Source: Collinsella aerofaciens
GTDB lineage: Bacteria > Actinomycetota > Coriobacteriia > Coriobacteriales > Coriobacteriaceae
NCBI GenBank assembly: GCA_048478035.1
Contig: DBGBCW010000015.1
Coordinates: 29,962 to 93,961 of the forward strand
Reading direction: 5' to 3'
Length of the DNA stretch: 64,000 nt
Positions 44,679-54,261 of the stretch are shown here, piece by piece. The position numbers were made by a program, and so were the translations under genes. How positions within the stretch are numbered: position 1 is the stretch's first letter; every line of letters starts with the position of its first letter. The notes beneath the pieces were generated by a model. The model saw only the letters and a list, made by a program, of their open reading frames with translations. It was not told the origin of the DNA and did no database searches.

Positions 44679-45125
44679 ATGCTGACCGATCTTCTTAAGC
44701 CCGAGCTTGTTGCCTGCCACGTCGAGGCCTCCGACTGGGAGGAAGCGATCAAGGCATGCGGTAAGTTGCTCGTAGACGCTGGCAAATGCGACCAGAGCTA
44801 TGTTGACGCCATGATTTCATCGGTTCACAAATTCGGCCCCTATATGGTCTTGGAAGAGGGCATCGCCATGCCCCACGCTCAGGCAGATGGCAATGTGAGT
44901 GAAGCGGGGATCTGTATCGTCACGCTTGACCCTGCCATTGCGTTTGGACACGAGGATTTCGATCCGGTTCACGTGCTCGTGGGTATTTGCGCACCCGACC
45001 CCAAGGCTCATCTTGGCTGCTTGGCGGAGCTTTCGCAGATGTTCGAGGACGAGGACTGCGTTGCCAAGCTCAGCGCATGCGATACGCCCGAGCAGGTTTT
45101 GGAGACCATGCGTTCATTCTTTTAG
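44679..45125 (+). CDS. PTS sugar transporter subunit IIA (ascorbate/UlaC-type, EIIA-2 fold)
   Basis: Collinear with UlaC, including the GIAMPHA phosphorylation-site region and LFEDE-like MFEDED. Confidence 0.85.
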   Translation: MLTDLLKPELVACHVEASDWEEAIKACGKLLVDAGKCDQSYVDAMISSVHKFGPYMVLEEGIAMPHAQADGNVSEAGICIVTLDPAIAFGHEDFDPVHVLVGICAPDPKAHLGCLAELSQMFEDEDCVAKLSACDTPEQVLETMRSFF

Positions 45126-45200
45126 GCCTTAATGGCACGGCGATGCGTCGCCGCTTTTGGATAGACGGAAAACCGTCACGTGTAGGAGAGGAAGGTTGCC

Positions 45201-45476
45201 ATGCATATCATCACCGTATGCGGAAACGGCATCGGGTCCAGCCTGATGCTCGCTGGCAAAGTCGAGGAGCTTTGCGAGGAGGAGGGCATCAAGGCCGACG
45301 TTGAGTCTATGGACCTGAACGGTGCTTCTTCCGCAAATCCGGATCTGTTCATCACCGTTAAAGAACTCGCCCCCGAGCTCCACGGCAACGTTGTGATCGT
45401 TCGCAGCTATGTGAACAAGAAGAAGATCCGCGAAGACGCCCTCGAGGCAATCAAGGCGGCCGCCGCTAACGCCTAA
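45201..45476 (+). CDS. PTS subunit IIB (UlaB/SgaB-type)
   Basis: Active-site loop ITVCGNGIGSS at the N-terminus. 91 aa. Confidence 0.85.
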   Translation: MHIITVCGNGIGSSLMLAGKVEELCEEEGIKADVESMDLNGASSANPDLFITVKELAPELHGNVVIVRSYVNKKKIREDALEAIKAAAANA

Positions 45477-45547
45477 AGCGGCACAAAAAAGGGCGGTTCC
45501 CTGTGGAAGAGGGAAACGCGCCCACGTTAGAGAGAAAGGAAGCGCAG

Positions 45548-46939
45548 ATGCAAGCCATCCTTCCCATACTTGAGTTTATCCAATCGATTCTGACCAAGCC
45601 AGCGTGGATTATGGGTCTATTTGCCTTTGTGGGCCTTGTCGCGCTTAAGCGTCCTGCCCACAAGGTGATGACGGGCACCCTGAAGCCCATTCTTGGTTAC
45701 ATCATGCTGTCCGCCGGCGCCGCTGTTGTTCAGGAGAACCTTGCTCCGCTGGGTACCTTCATCGAGACCGGTTTCCACATCACCGGCGTCGTGCCCAACA
45801 ACGAGGTCGTTGTTTCGATGGCTCAGAGCGTCCTCGGCGTTCAGACCATGATGATCCTGATTCTCGGCTATGTCGTGAACATTATCATTGCCCGCTTTAC
45901 CAAGTTTAAGTACATCTTCCTGACGGGCCATCACAGCATGTTTATGGCCTGCCTGCTGTCTGCCGTTCTGCAGGCATCTGGCTTCCAGGATGTCCAGCTT
46001 GTCATCGTGGGCGGCATGTTCCTGGGCCTCGTGAGCGCTATGCTTCCCGCCGTTGGTCAGCGTTTCACCGAGAAGGTTACCGATGGCGATGAAATCGCCA
46101 TGGGCCACTTCGGTTCACTCGCCTATTACATCTCCGCTGCAGTCGGTACGCTTTTTGCTAAGGACGCCGAGGAGAACAGCACCGAGAAGATCGAGGTTCC
46201 CGAGAAGTTCGCCTTCCTGCGCGACACTACCATCTCCACGGCTCTTACCATGGCCTTCTTCTACCTGGTTACCGCTTTCGCCGCTTACATCGCAGATCCT
46301 GCGGTCGTTACCAAGACCGCTGGCGGCGACAACGTGATTGTCTATGCCCTGACCTGTGCCCTGTCCTTTGCCGTTGGTGTCACCATCGTCTATAACGGCG
46401 TTCGTATGATCCTTGCCGACCTGGTCCCGGCTTTCCAGGGCATCTCCAACAAGCTGATCCCCGGTGCCATCCCCGCCGTCGACTGCGCCGTCTTCTTCCC
46501 CTATGCTCCCACCGCCGTCATCCTCGGCTTTGTCGCATCCTTCATCGGTGGCGTGGTCGGTATGTTCATCGTGGGCGCTACCCTGGGCATCTTCATCATC
46601 CCGGGCATGGTTCCCCACTTCTTCTGCGGTGCTACCGCAGGCATCTACGGCAATGCTACCGGCGGTCGCAAGGGCGCAGCTCTTGGCGCTTTCGTCAACG
46701 GCCTGCTCATCACCTTCGCCCCGGCCCTGCTCCTGCCCGTTCTTGACGTCTTTGGCTTCAAGAACACTACGTTCGGCGACTTCGATTTCTCCGTCATTGG
46801 TATTACGCTTGGCCGCGCTGCCGAGGCCTTCGGTACCACCGGTGTCTACGCGATTCTTGCTGTCCTTCTGATCGTCGCCTTCGTCCCCAACTTCATCCAC
46901 ACCAAGGGTGCTGTGATTAACCACGTTGAGGAAGAGTAA
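45548..46939 (+). CDS. PTS ascorbate-family subunit IIC (UlaA/SgaT-type)
   Basis: About 10-11 TM helices. SgaT-like N-terminus (ILEFIQSILTKPAWIMGLFAFVGL). GAAAGGAAG RBS before ATG 45548. Confidence 0.85.
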   Translation: MQAILPILEFIQSILTKPAWIMGLFAFVGLVALKRPAHKVMTGTLKPILGYIMLSAGAAVVQENLAPLGTFIETGFHITGVVPNNEVVVSMAQSVLGVQTMMILILGYVVNIIIARFTKFKYIFLTGHHSMFMACLLSAVLQASGFQDVQLVIVGGMFLGLVSAMLPAVGQRFTEKVTDGDEIAMGHFGSLAYYISAAVGTLFAKDAEENSTEKIEVPEKFAFLRDTTISTALTMAFFYLVTAFAAYIADPAVVTKTAGGDNVIVYALTCALSFAVGVTIVYNGVRMILADLVPAFQGISNKLIPGAIPAVDCAVFFPYAPTAVILGFVASFIGGVVGMFIVGATLGIFIIPGMVPHFFCGATAGIYGNATGGRKGAALGAFVNGLLITFAPALLLPVLDVFGFKNTTFGDFDFSVIGITLGRAAEAFGTTGVYAILAVLLIVAFVPNFIHTKGAVINHVEEE

Positions 46940-46997
46940 TCCAGGCATACGTTAAGCCCTAATCGGGCGGAGCTCCGATAACCGGCTCCTACACGGA

Positions 46998-47040
46998 AGC
47001 GGTGGCGTCTCAAATGAGGCGTCACCGCTTTTGTTTTGGA
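46998..47040 (+). terminator. Rho-independent terminator of the PTS operon
   Basis: agcggtggcgtctc / gaggcgtcaccgct stem (two G-U pairs) followed by tttgtttt. Confidence 0.75.
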
Positions 47041-47262
47041 GTGGTTGTGAAAACGTACCGGTGAAGCGCTGTCTCTGCGCCGCGAACGGAATCAACCGCG
47101 ATGATCAGCAAAAACGTTTTGCCGCTGGGGTGTCGATATAAAAATGGTAAAACTGCAAAACCGTTCGCCGAGAAGATGAAAACCCGCAGCTCACGCCTTG
47201 ATAAACGTAGGTAAAGTGTTTAGCAGTTTATCGCCCATGTGCAAGCGAAAGGAATCAGGCAG

Positions 47263-47967
47263 ATGGCAATCAAGGTGTTCGCTGACGGTGCAAATCTCGA
47301 GGGCATGCTCGACATGTACGAGAACGGCAACGTTCAGGGTTTCACGACCAACCCGTCCCTTATGAAGAAGGGCGGCGTGACGGATTACCGCGCGTTTGCC
47401 AAAGAGGTCTTGACCCACATCACCGATGTATCCGTGTCGTTTGAGGTCTTTGCCGACGACGTCGAGACCATGGAGGTCGAGGCGCGCGAGATCGCTACCT
47501 GGGCCGAGAACGTCTATGTCAAGATTCCGTGCGTGACTACCAAGGGCGAGTCCACCGCCGAGCTGGTCCGCAAGCTTTCGGCCGACGGCATCAAGGTCAA
47601 CGTCACCACCATCTTTACGCCTGCGCAGGTCGACGAGATGGTCGAGGCCGTTGACGCCGAGACGCCGTCAATCATCTCGCTCTTTGCCGGCCGCATCGCC
47701 GACACCGGCGTCGACCCCATTCCGTTTATGACGGAGTCGGTCAAGAAGGCCGCCGCCAAGCCCAACTGCGAGGTCCTGTGGGCGTCCACGCGTGAGCTTA
47801 TCAATATTTACCAGGCGGAAGGATGCGGTTGCCAGATCATCACGGTGCCCAACAGCATCCTGGCCAAGCGTAAGAACATCGGCCGTGACCCGTACGAGGT
47901 CTCGCTCGATACCGTGCGCGGTTTTGCCAAGGATATCGCCTCGCTCGGTTTCCATATCCTGCCGTAA
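47263..47967 (+). CDS. Transaldolase / fructose-6-phosphate aldolase family protein (paralog 2)
   Basis: Same motifs as paralog 1. GAAAGGAA RBS before ATG 47263. Confidence 0.85.
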   Translation: MAIKVFADGANLEGMLDMYENGNVQGFTTNPSLMKKGGVTDYRAFAKEVLTHITDVSVSFEVFADDVETMEVEAREIATWAENVYVKIPCVTTKGESTAELVRKLSADGIKVNVTTIFTPAQVDEMVEAVDAETPSIISLFAGRIADTGVDPIPFMTESVKKAAAKPNCEVLWASTRELINIYQAEGCGCQIITVPNSILAKRKNIGRDPYEVSLDTVRGFAKDIASLGFHILP

Positions 47968-47997
47968 CGCGAACGCTGGCTACATCGCGGGTTGTTC

Positions 47998-48069
47998 GCC
48001 CCGGCCTTTCCTTTCCCTATCGCTCACGCGCTTCGCGAGGGTCGCGCTAGGCAAAGGAAAGGCCGGGGC
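47998..48069. repeat. Palindromic element between two copies of the 16-mer ttccatatcctgccgt
   Basis: Arms gccccggcctttcctttcc / ggcaaaggaaaggccggggc give 17-18 bp. The flanking 16-mers lie at 47950-47965 and 48106-48121. Confidence 0.65.
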
Positions 48070-48204
48070 TGCCGACACGAACTTGCCGGTAGGTTGGTGA
48101 TAGGCTTCCATATCCTGCCGTGGACAAAGGTACCCCCGCCTGCGCCGTGCAAAATTGAGAGTATTCAGCAAGGTAAAGGCTTTTACCAGCTGGGTGAAGC
48201 ATGG

Positions 48205-48262
48205 AACAGCCCCCGTTTTGGCTCTGATGACGCTAAAACGGGGGCTGTTTCTTGCTTTTTCG
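48205..48262 (+). terminator. Rho-independent terminator
   Basis: aacagcccccgtttt / aaaacgggggctgtt perfect 15-bp stem followed by tcttgcttttt. Confidence 0.65.
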
Positions 48263-48347
48263 TCTCTGAGGGGCATCCGGAACGGTGGAATTTGCAGAAT
48301 ACTCGCGATTTTGCACGTCGCGAGAGGGGGGACCCTTGCTTGGCGGT

Positions 48348-50495
48348 TTACTTCCCCTGCACCATGGTGAGGGAGATCTTCTTGCGGTCGCGATCGACCT
48401 TTTCAACCCACACCTTGACCGTGTCACCGACGCGCACCACGTCGCTGGGGTGCTTGACGAAGCGGTTGGCCAGCTTGGAGATGTGCACGAGGCCGTCCTG
48501 GTGCACGCCCACGTCGACGAAGGTGCCAAAGTCGACGACGTTGCGCACCGTGCCCTTGAGTTCCATGCCGGGCTCCAGGTCGTCGATCGAAAGCGCCGAG
48601 CGGCTAAAGACTACCTCGGGCGCGTCGTCGCGCGGGTCGCGGCCGGGCTTCTTGAGCTCGTTGACAATGTCGATGAGCGTGAGGGTGCCGCAGTCTAGGT
48701 TGCTTGCCAGCGCCGAGATGCTGCCCAGACGGCGCTCGATGTCGGGCACGCCGCCGCGGCTGAGCTCGCTTGCCGCAACGCCGGCGCGTTCCAGGACGGA
48801 CGTGGCCACCTCGTAGCTTTCGGGGTGGACGCTTGTCGCGTCGAGCGGGTTCTTGCCGCCGCTGATGCGCAAAAAGCCCGCGGCGTTGAGATACGCCTTG
48901 GGTCCCAGCTTGGGGACCTTCTTAAGCTGGCGGCGATCGGTAAAGGCGCCGTTTTCCTCGCGGTAGGCCACGATGTTTTTGGCCACGCTTGGCGTAATGC
49001 CCGACACGTAGCCCAGCAGGCTCGCGCTTGCGGTGTTTACATCGACGCCCACGCGGTTGACGACGTCCTCCACCACGTGGCCCAGGGTACGCGAAAGCTC
49101 TGCCTGGTCAAGGTCATGCTGGTATTGGCCCACGCCGATGGACTGGGGCGGAATCTTGACGAGCTCTGCCAGCGGGTCCTGCAGGCGACGACCCAAGCTC
49201 ATGGCGCCGCGCACGGTGACATCCAGATCGGGATACTCCTGGCTCGCGAGCTCGGAGGCGGAGTACACCGACGCGCCCGCCTCGTTGACGATGGTGTAGC
49301 GAAGGCTGGGCGCCTGCTCGGCAATAAACTCCGAGACGACTTCCTCGGTCTCGCGGCTGGCGGTGCCGTTGCCGATGACGATGGTGTTGACGCTGTCCTT
49401 CTTGACGAGGCGGGCGAGCTCGCGCTTGGTGCCGGCGACGTCGTGGCGCGGCTTGGTGGGATAGACCACGCCGTGGTCGAGTAGCTTGCCGGTCTCGTCC
49501 ATGACGGCGACCTTGCAGCCGGTGCGGTAGCCCGGATCGAGCGCGAGCACGCGGGCGCCGCGCACGGGGCGCGCCGAGAGCAAGCCCTCGAGATTCTTGG
49601 CAAAGACGTTGATGGCCTCGGTCTGGGCGCGAACGGTGAGTTTGGCGCGGGCCTCGCGCTCCAGCGAGGGAGCCATGAGGCGTTTGTAGCCGTCGGCGAT
49701 GGCGGCATCGAAGATGGGAGCAAACACGCCCTGGCGTCGGGGCCAACGGCTGCCGAGGCGCGCCGTGGCGGCAACGCCGTCGACGTTCACGCGCACGCGG
49801 AGCTTGCCCTCGCGCTCACCGCGGTCGATAGCCAGCACGCGGTGGTTGGGTATACGGCGCAACGGCTCGTCAAAGTTGTAGTAGGGCTCGTAGGGGGTCT
49901 TCTCGGCGGGGTCGGTGGCCTCGACGACGATGTCGGCGGTGTTTTGCGTAAAGGCGCGCAGGTCGGCGACGTTCTCGGGGTCCTCGGCCACCGTCTCGGC
50001 CACGATGTCCGCCGCGCCGGCGAGCGCCTTTTCGGGCGTGTCGAAGCCGGCCTCCTCGTTGACGTATGCCGCGGCGGCGTCGAGTGCGCTGCCCTTGGCC
50101 GACGCCTGCATGATGATCATGTTGGCAAGCGGCTCCAGGCCGGCCTCGCGGGCCTTCTGTGCGCGGGTCATGCGCTTTTTGCGGTAGGGCTTGTAGAGGT
50201 CCTCGACACGCTGGAGTTGCGTGGCCTCGCGAATTTGCTGTTCGAGCTCGGGCGTAAGTTTGCCCTGGGCATCGATGAGCAGGATAACGTCCTCTTTGCG
50301 CTGCTCAAGATTGCGCAGGTAAGACAGGCGCTCGTCGAGCGCGCGCAGGGCGACGTCGTCCATGCCGCCCGTGGCTTCCTTGCGGTAGCGCGAGATAAAG
50401 GGGATGGTGTTGCCCTCGTCGATGAGCTTGAAGGCCGCCTCGATGTTGGCGGCCTTAAGGTTGAGCTCGTGGGCGAGCTGGGCGATAAGATCCAT
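48348..50495 (-). CDS. tex: Tex family transcription accessory protein with a C-terminal S1 domain
   Basis: Tex N-terminus (TIPFISRYRKEATGG), a YqgF/RuvC-like region, HhH, and a C-terminal S1 domain (GTVRNVVDFGTFVDVGVHQDGLVHISKL). AAGGAG RBS before ATG 50495. Confidence 0.9.
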   Translation of the reverse strand: MDLIAQLAHELNLKAANIEAAFKLIDEGNTIPFISRYRKEATGGMDDVALRALDERLSYLRNLEQRKEDVILLIDAQGKLTPELEQQIREATQLQRVEDLYKPYRKKRMTRAQKAREAGLEPLANMIIMQASAKGSALDAAAAYVNEEAGFDTPEKALAGAADIVAETVAEDPENVADLRAFTQNTADIVVEATDPAEKTPYEPYYNFDEPLRRIPNHRVLAIDRGEREGKLRVRVNVDGVAATARLGSRWPRRQGVFAPIFDAAIADGYKRLMAPSLEREARAKLTVRAQTEAINVFAKNLEGLLSARPVRGARVLALDPGYRTGCKVAVMDETGKLLDHGVVYPTKPRHDVAGTKRELARLVKKDSVNTIVIGNGTASRETEEVVSEFIAEQAPSLRYTIVNEAGASVYSASELASQEYPDLDVTVRGAMSLGRRLQDPLAELVKIPPQSIGVGQYQHDLDQAELSRTLGHVVEDVVNRVGVDVNTASASLLGYVSGITPSVAKNIVAYREENGAFTDRRQLKKVPKLGPKAYLNAAGFLRISGGKNPLDATSVHPESYEVATSVLERAGVAASELSRGGVPDIERRLGSISALASNLDCGTLTLIDIVNELKKPGRDPRDDAPEVVFSRSALSIDDLEPGMELKGTVRNVVDFGTFVDVGVHQDGLVHISKLANRFVKHPSDVVRVGDTVKVWVEKVDRDRKKISLTMVQGK

Positions 50496-50747
50496 GGGAC
50501 TCCTTGCGTTTAAGGTGCGTTTGCAGCACAGGGCTACCAAGGATACCACCCGCCACTCCACTCAAGTAGTCATTTTGGGACGGGGCTCTTTTAGCCACTT
50601 TTGCCGCCCCGTCCCAGAAAAATCGCCGGCAAGGTACCAAAAAGCCCCGCGGGCAGGAGGCTGCTCGCGGGGCAAAGAAGAGGGGCTTGTTGGTGGCGGA
50701 CCGAAGGGTTCGACATGGGGGTTTCTGCCGCGGTCGCTCTTAAGGCA

Positions 50748-51788
50748 TTACAGCTCGACGAGCTGGCCGGTCTCGGCGGCCTCCTTGATAGCGTTAAGCA
50801 GCGTGAGCGTCTTGACGTTATCGGCGGGGGTCACGACGGGCTCGACCTCGCGGCGGACGACCTTCACAAAGTGCTTGAGCTGCATCTTGTGCGGCAGCGC
50901 CGGGTCCACGGCCGGGATCTCCATCTGCAGCGGCTTGTGCCAGTTAGAGGCGCCGTCGTAGGAGAACTGGTGCAGGCGGGGCAGCGACAGGGCGCCCTTA
51001 GTGCCGCCGATAAAGTAGGCGTCGGCGTCGAAGGGGCGGTACTGCGGATCCTCGCGAGCGGTTGCCTCCCAGTTCCAGGGGCTGGCGGTGGCGTCGGAGA
51101 TGGTCATGCTTGCGAGCGCGCCATCGGCAAAACGGACGTTGACCACGGCGGAGTCCTCGGTCTCAAAACCGCGGGCGGCGCTGGACTGCATACCCTGGAC
51201 GGCAACGGGCTCGCCCAGCAGGTAGCGGAGCAGGTCGACGTCGTGTACCAGGTTGACCAGGATCGGGCCGGCACCCTTCTTGCGGCGCCACTCGACATCG
51301 AAATACTCGTCGTTCTTATAGATCATGTAGTGGAAGCTCGAAACAGTAAGCTTGCCCAGCTCGCCGGACTCGATGATCTCCTTGGCCTTGTTGACGAAGG
51401 GGTTGTGGCGACGGTGCTGGCCCACGAGCACGGGCACGCCGGCGGTCTCGGCCTCGGCGGCGAAGGCCTGGGCATCCTCAAGATCGTTGGAGATCGGCTT
51501 TTCGACCAGCGGCACGATGTTGCGCTTCACAGCCTCGCGGGCAACGCCCAGGTGCAGGTCGTTGGGCGTGGCGATGATGACGGCGTCGGGCTTGACCTCG
51601 TCCATCATCTGGGCGGGATCGGTGTAAAACGGCACGCCGGCGGCCTCGGCCGTGGCGCGGGCGCCCTCAAAGGCGTCGGCGATGGCGACGAGCTCGGCCT
51701 CGGGCTCTTCGGTGACAAAGCGGATGTGGTTGCGGCCCATGGCGCCGGCGCCGATAACGGCAATGCGGACGGGGTTGAGCTCAGACAT
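50748..51788 (-). CDS. Gfo/Idh/MocA family oxidoreductase
   Basis: N-terminal Rossmann fold VRIAVIGAGAMGRNH, and the EKP motif (PLVEKPIS). Confidence 0.85.
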   Translation of the reverse strand: MSELNPVRIAVIGAGAMGRNHIRFVTEEPEAELVAIADAFEGARATAEAAGVPFYTDPAQMMDEVKPDAVIIATPNDLHLGVAREAVKRNIVPLVEKPISNDLEDAQAFAAEAETAGVPVLVGQHRRHNPFVNKAKEIIESGELGKLTVSSFHYMIYKNDEYFDVEWRRKKGAGPILVNLVHDVDLLRYLLGEPVAVQGMQSSAARGFETEDSAVVNVRFADGALASMTISDATASPWNWEATAREDPQYRPFDADAYFIGGTKGALSLPRLHQFSYDGASNWHKPLQMEIPAVDPALPHKMQLKHFVKVVRREVEPVVTPADNVKTLTLLNAIKEAAETGQLVEL

Positions 51789-51818
51789 TTCGACTCCTTA
51801 ATGGTGGTGGCGATGGAG

Positions 51819-51847
51819 TGTGACAAAGGGACAGTCCCTTTGTCACA
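51819..51847. repeat. Conserved palindrome family, perfect archetype
   Basis: tgtgacaaagggac-a-gtccctttgtcaca: 14-bp arms with a 1-nt centre. Sits in the 69-nt gap between the MFS and oxidoreductase genes. Confidence 0.8.
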
Positions 51848-51857
51848 TTGGCAATTG

Positions 51858-53114
51858 CTAAGCGGACTTCTTCTTGCTGTCGGAGACCATCATGTAGACG
51901 GTGAGCACGACGGCGATGGCGGCGATCACGATGGCGCCGTAGAAGGACTGCTGGTAGGCGGCGCTGCCAGCCTCGGCGTGATACAGCACGGCGGTGATGG
52001 GCTGGCTGATCCAGGTGGAGGCGGCGTAGCCCAAAAACATGATGCCGTAGTTGACGCCGATGTTGCTGGTACCAAAGGCGCCACCGGTGAGCGGCGGGTA
52101 GATGACGAGCAGGGCGCCAAAGCTAAAGCCAAGCAGGGCGAGTGCGACAAAGAACATGCTCTGCGTAAAGCTCATCGACATGATGACGAGCGCGACGATG
52201 GTGACGACAAGGCTGATGAGCAGCGACTTGTAGGCACCGAGCTTGTCGATGATCTGACCAAAGGACAGACGGCCGACCAGGTTGGCGCAGGTGTTGACGG
52301 AGACGACCACACCGCCGAGGGCGACGGCTGCGGCGCTCGTGGGATCGGCGAAGAGCTGGACGGCGGCGATGGAGGCAACCTTGCCGACGAGCAGGGTGCC
52401 GGCGGTGGCGGCAAAGGCGAAGGTGACGATGAGGACCCAGAAGCGCGGGGTCTTGACCATCTCGTCCGGGGTGAGGTCGCCGAAGGTGCCGGCGTGCGCG
52501 CCGCCCTTGGGGGCCTCGAAGCCCTCGGGCAGCCAACCGGCTTCGGGAGCCTTCAGGAACAGGGCGGAGGCGGCGATCGTCACAAAGAAGATGACGCCGA
52601 GTGCCTTAAGAGCACCGAAGATGCCAAGGCTCGGGATGAGCAGCGAGGCGAGCACCGGGGACAGCACGGCGGGGCCGGCGGTCGAAGCAGCGAGGGTGAT
52701 GCCAGAGGCGAGGCCCTTCTTGTCGATGAACCACTTTTGGCCGGTGGTGAGCGCCGGGTTGTAGCCCAGACCGTTGCCGACGGCGGCAACGAGCGAGAAC
52801 CACAGGTAGAACTGCCACGGCTCGGTGACGGTGCCGGACATGAACCAGCCCACGCCGTAGCACACGGCGGCGGCGATCACGACGTTGCGGGGGCCGATTT
52901 TATCGGAGATGCGGCCGGCGAAGATGCCCGTCACGGCCATGATGGTCTGAAAGACGGGGAAAGCCCAGGTAAGGGCACTCGACCACTCGGGGTAGACGGC
53001 GAGCAGGTTCTTGCTCACGACAGAATACAGCGCGATGGAGCTGATGAAGAACATGGTGACGCACGCGGCGGAAAGCACGACGGCGCGACCCTTGTTGGAG
53101 TTGCTGGAAGCCAT
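51858..53114 (-). CDS. MFS transporter (oxalate/formate antiporter-like)
   Basis: 12 TM helices. MFS loop motif GRISDKIGPR. Confidence 0.85.
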   Translation of the reverse strand: MASSNSNKGRAVVLSAACVTMFFISSIALYSVVSKNLLAVYPEWSSALTWAFPVFQTIMAVTGIFAGRISDKIGPRNVVIAAAVCYGVGWFMSGTVTEPWQFYLWFSLVAAVGNGLGYNPALTTGQKWFIDKKGLASGITLAASTAGPAVLSPVLASLLIPSLGIFGALKALGVIFFVTIAASALFLKAPEAGWLPEGFEAPKGGAHAGTFGDLTPDEMVKTPRFWVLIVTFAFAATAGTLLVGKVASIAAVQLFADPTSAAAVALGGVVVSVNTCANLVGRLSFGQIIDKLGAYKSLLISLVVTIVALVIMSMSFTQSMFFVALALLGFSFGALLVIYPPLTGGAFGTSNIGVNYGIMFLGYAASTWISQPITAVLYHAEAGSAAYQQSFYGAIVIAAIAVVLTVYMMVSDSKKKSA

Positions 53115-53179
53115 TGGACTCTTTCTAATCGATGTGGGAGAGGAGCGGTCGTATCCGCGGGTCTCCCTGTTAGGTTGGT

Positions 53180-54061
53180 TTACTGGTCAGTCGGCTTGGC
53201 GACGCCGGACTCATCGGACCAAAGCTCGACACCCTTGTTCTTAAGGTAGCTGTCGGCATAGGCGCGACGGCCGCCGGGCTTGGCGGTGAGGTCGCCCATC
53301 ATGTTGGAGAAGCCGCCGTCGACCTTGATGGCGTCGCCGGTGGTAAAGTCCGAGCGCTTGGACGCCAGGAACATGACGGCGTTGGCGATATCGCTGACCT
53401 CGCCGATGCGACGCGTGGCGATCAGACGGCTGCGGCTCTTTTCGACCTCGGGGTCGGCGTAGAAGTTGGCCGACATCGGGGTCTTAACGAAGCAGGGCTC
53501 GACGCAGTTGGAGCGCACGCCATAGGGGCCCCACTCGGCGGCGAGCATCTTGGACATCATGTTGACGCCCGCCTTGGTGGAGCTGTACACGCCCGAGAAC
53601 GTCTCGGGAGAGTGGCTGGCGACGGTTGAGATGTGCACCAGACGACCTTGGCCGGCCTTGATCATCTCGCGACCAAAGCGCTGCGAGGTGATGAAGTAGC
53701 CGGTGAGGTTGACGTTGAGCACCTGCTCCCAGTCGCTCAGCGGCAGGTCCTCCATGGCGGCGAAGCGCAGAATGCCGGCGGTGTTGACGAGAACGTCGAC
53801 GCGGCCGAAGTCGGCAATGGTGGCATCGACGGCGGTCTGAACCTCGGCCTCGTCGGTGGCGTTCATCTTGTAACCCTCGGCGTGGATGCCAAACTCGGCG
53901 GCGAGGTCGGCGGCTGCGGCCTTGACCTTCTCCTCGTCCAGGTCGAGCAGGACGACGTTGGCGCCGTTGCGGGCGAACTCGCGGCAAATCTCGACGCCCA
54001 TACCGCCGAGCGCGCCAGTCACGGCGCAGACATCGCCCTCGAGCTTAAGCCAATTGCTCAT
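53180..54061 (-). CDS. SDR family oxidoreductase
   Basis: TGALGGMG cofactor motif, NTAG, and the catalytic YSSTK. Confidence 0.85.
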   Translation of the reverse strand: MSNWLKLEGDVCAVTGALGGMGVEICREFARNGANVVLLDLDEEKVKAAAADLAAEFGIHAEGYKMNATDEAEVQTAVDATIADFGRVDVLVNTAGILRFAAMEDLPLSDWEQVLNVNLTGYFITSQRFGREMIKAGQGRLVHISTVASHSPETFSGVYSSTKAGVNMMSKMLAAEWGPYGVRSNCVEPCFVKTPMSANFYADPEVEKSRSRLIATRRIGEVSDIANAVMFLASKRSDFTTGDAIKVDGGFSNMMGDLTAKPGGRRAYADSYLKNKGVELWSDESGVAKPTDQ

Positions 54062-54261
54062 AGGAACTTCCCTTCTTGTGCCTCCCGGTGGGTCGCTCCC
54101 ATTAACCGACCCACGTGGTTTTCGCTGGTTATCGTATGCTTTGCATTTGCGCAGGTGAATTGCATATTTGTTAGAATGGCGTTAACCGTAGGTTTACACT
54201 GTGCGATGCAGTTTATTCTCAATTGAGTGCGTGACCTGCGAAAACAACCCCCTGTGGCGCC

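Noticed and set aside
50570-50594. Shared 20-nt motif TCATTT(T)GGGACGGGGCT(C)TTTT at 50570-50594 and 55175-55199 as an independent regulatory element
   Set aside because: There are only two copies. One is simply the 5' arm of a local hairpin (gggacggggc...gccccgtccc). The resemblance to the array R arm is weak. It is mentioned under array 3 as a possible solitary arm but is not claimed as a feature.
51819-51847. CRP/FNR-type operator (TGTGA...TCACA) reading of the conserved palindrome
   Set aside because: The TGTGA and TCACA half-sites are separated by 19 nt rather than the 6 nt of CRP/FNR sites. The copies sit at gene 3' ends rather than in promoters.
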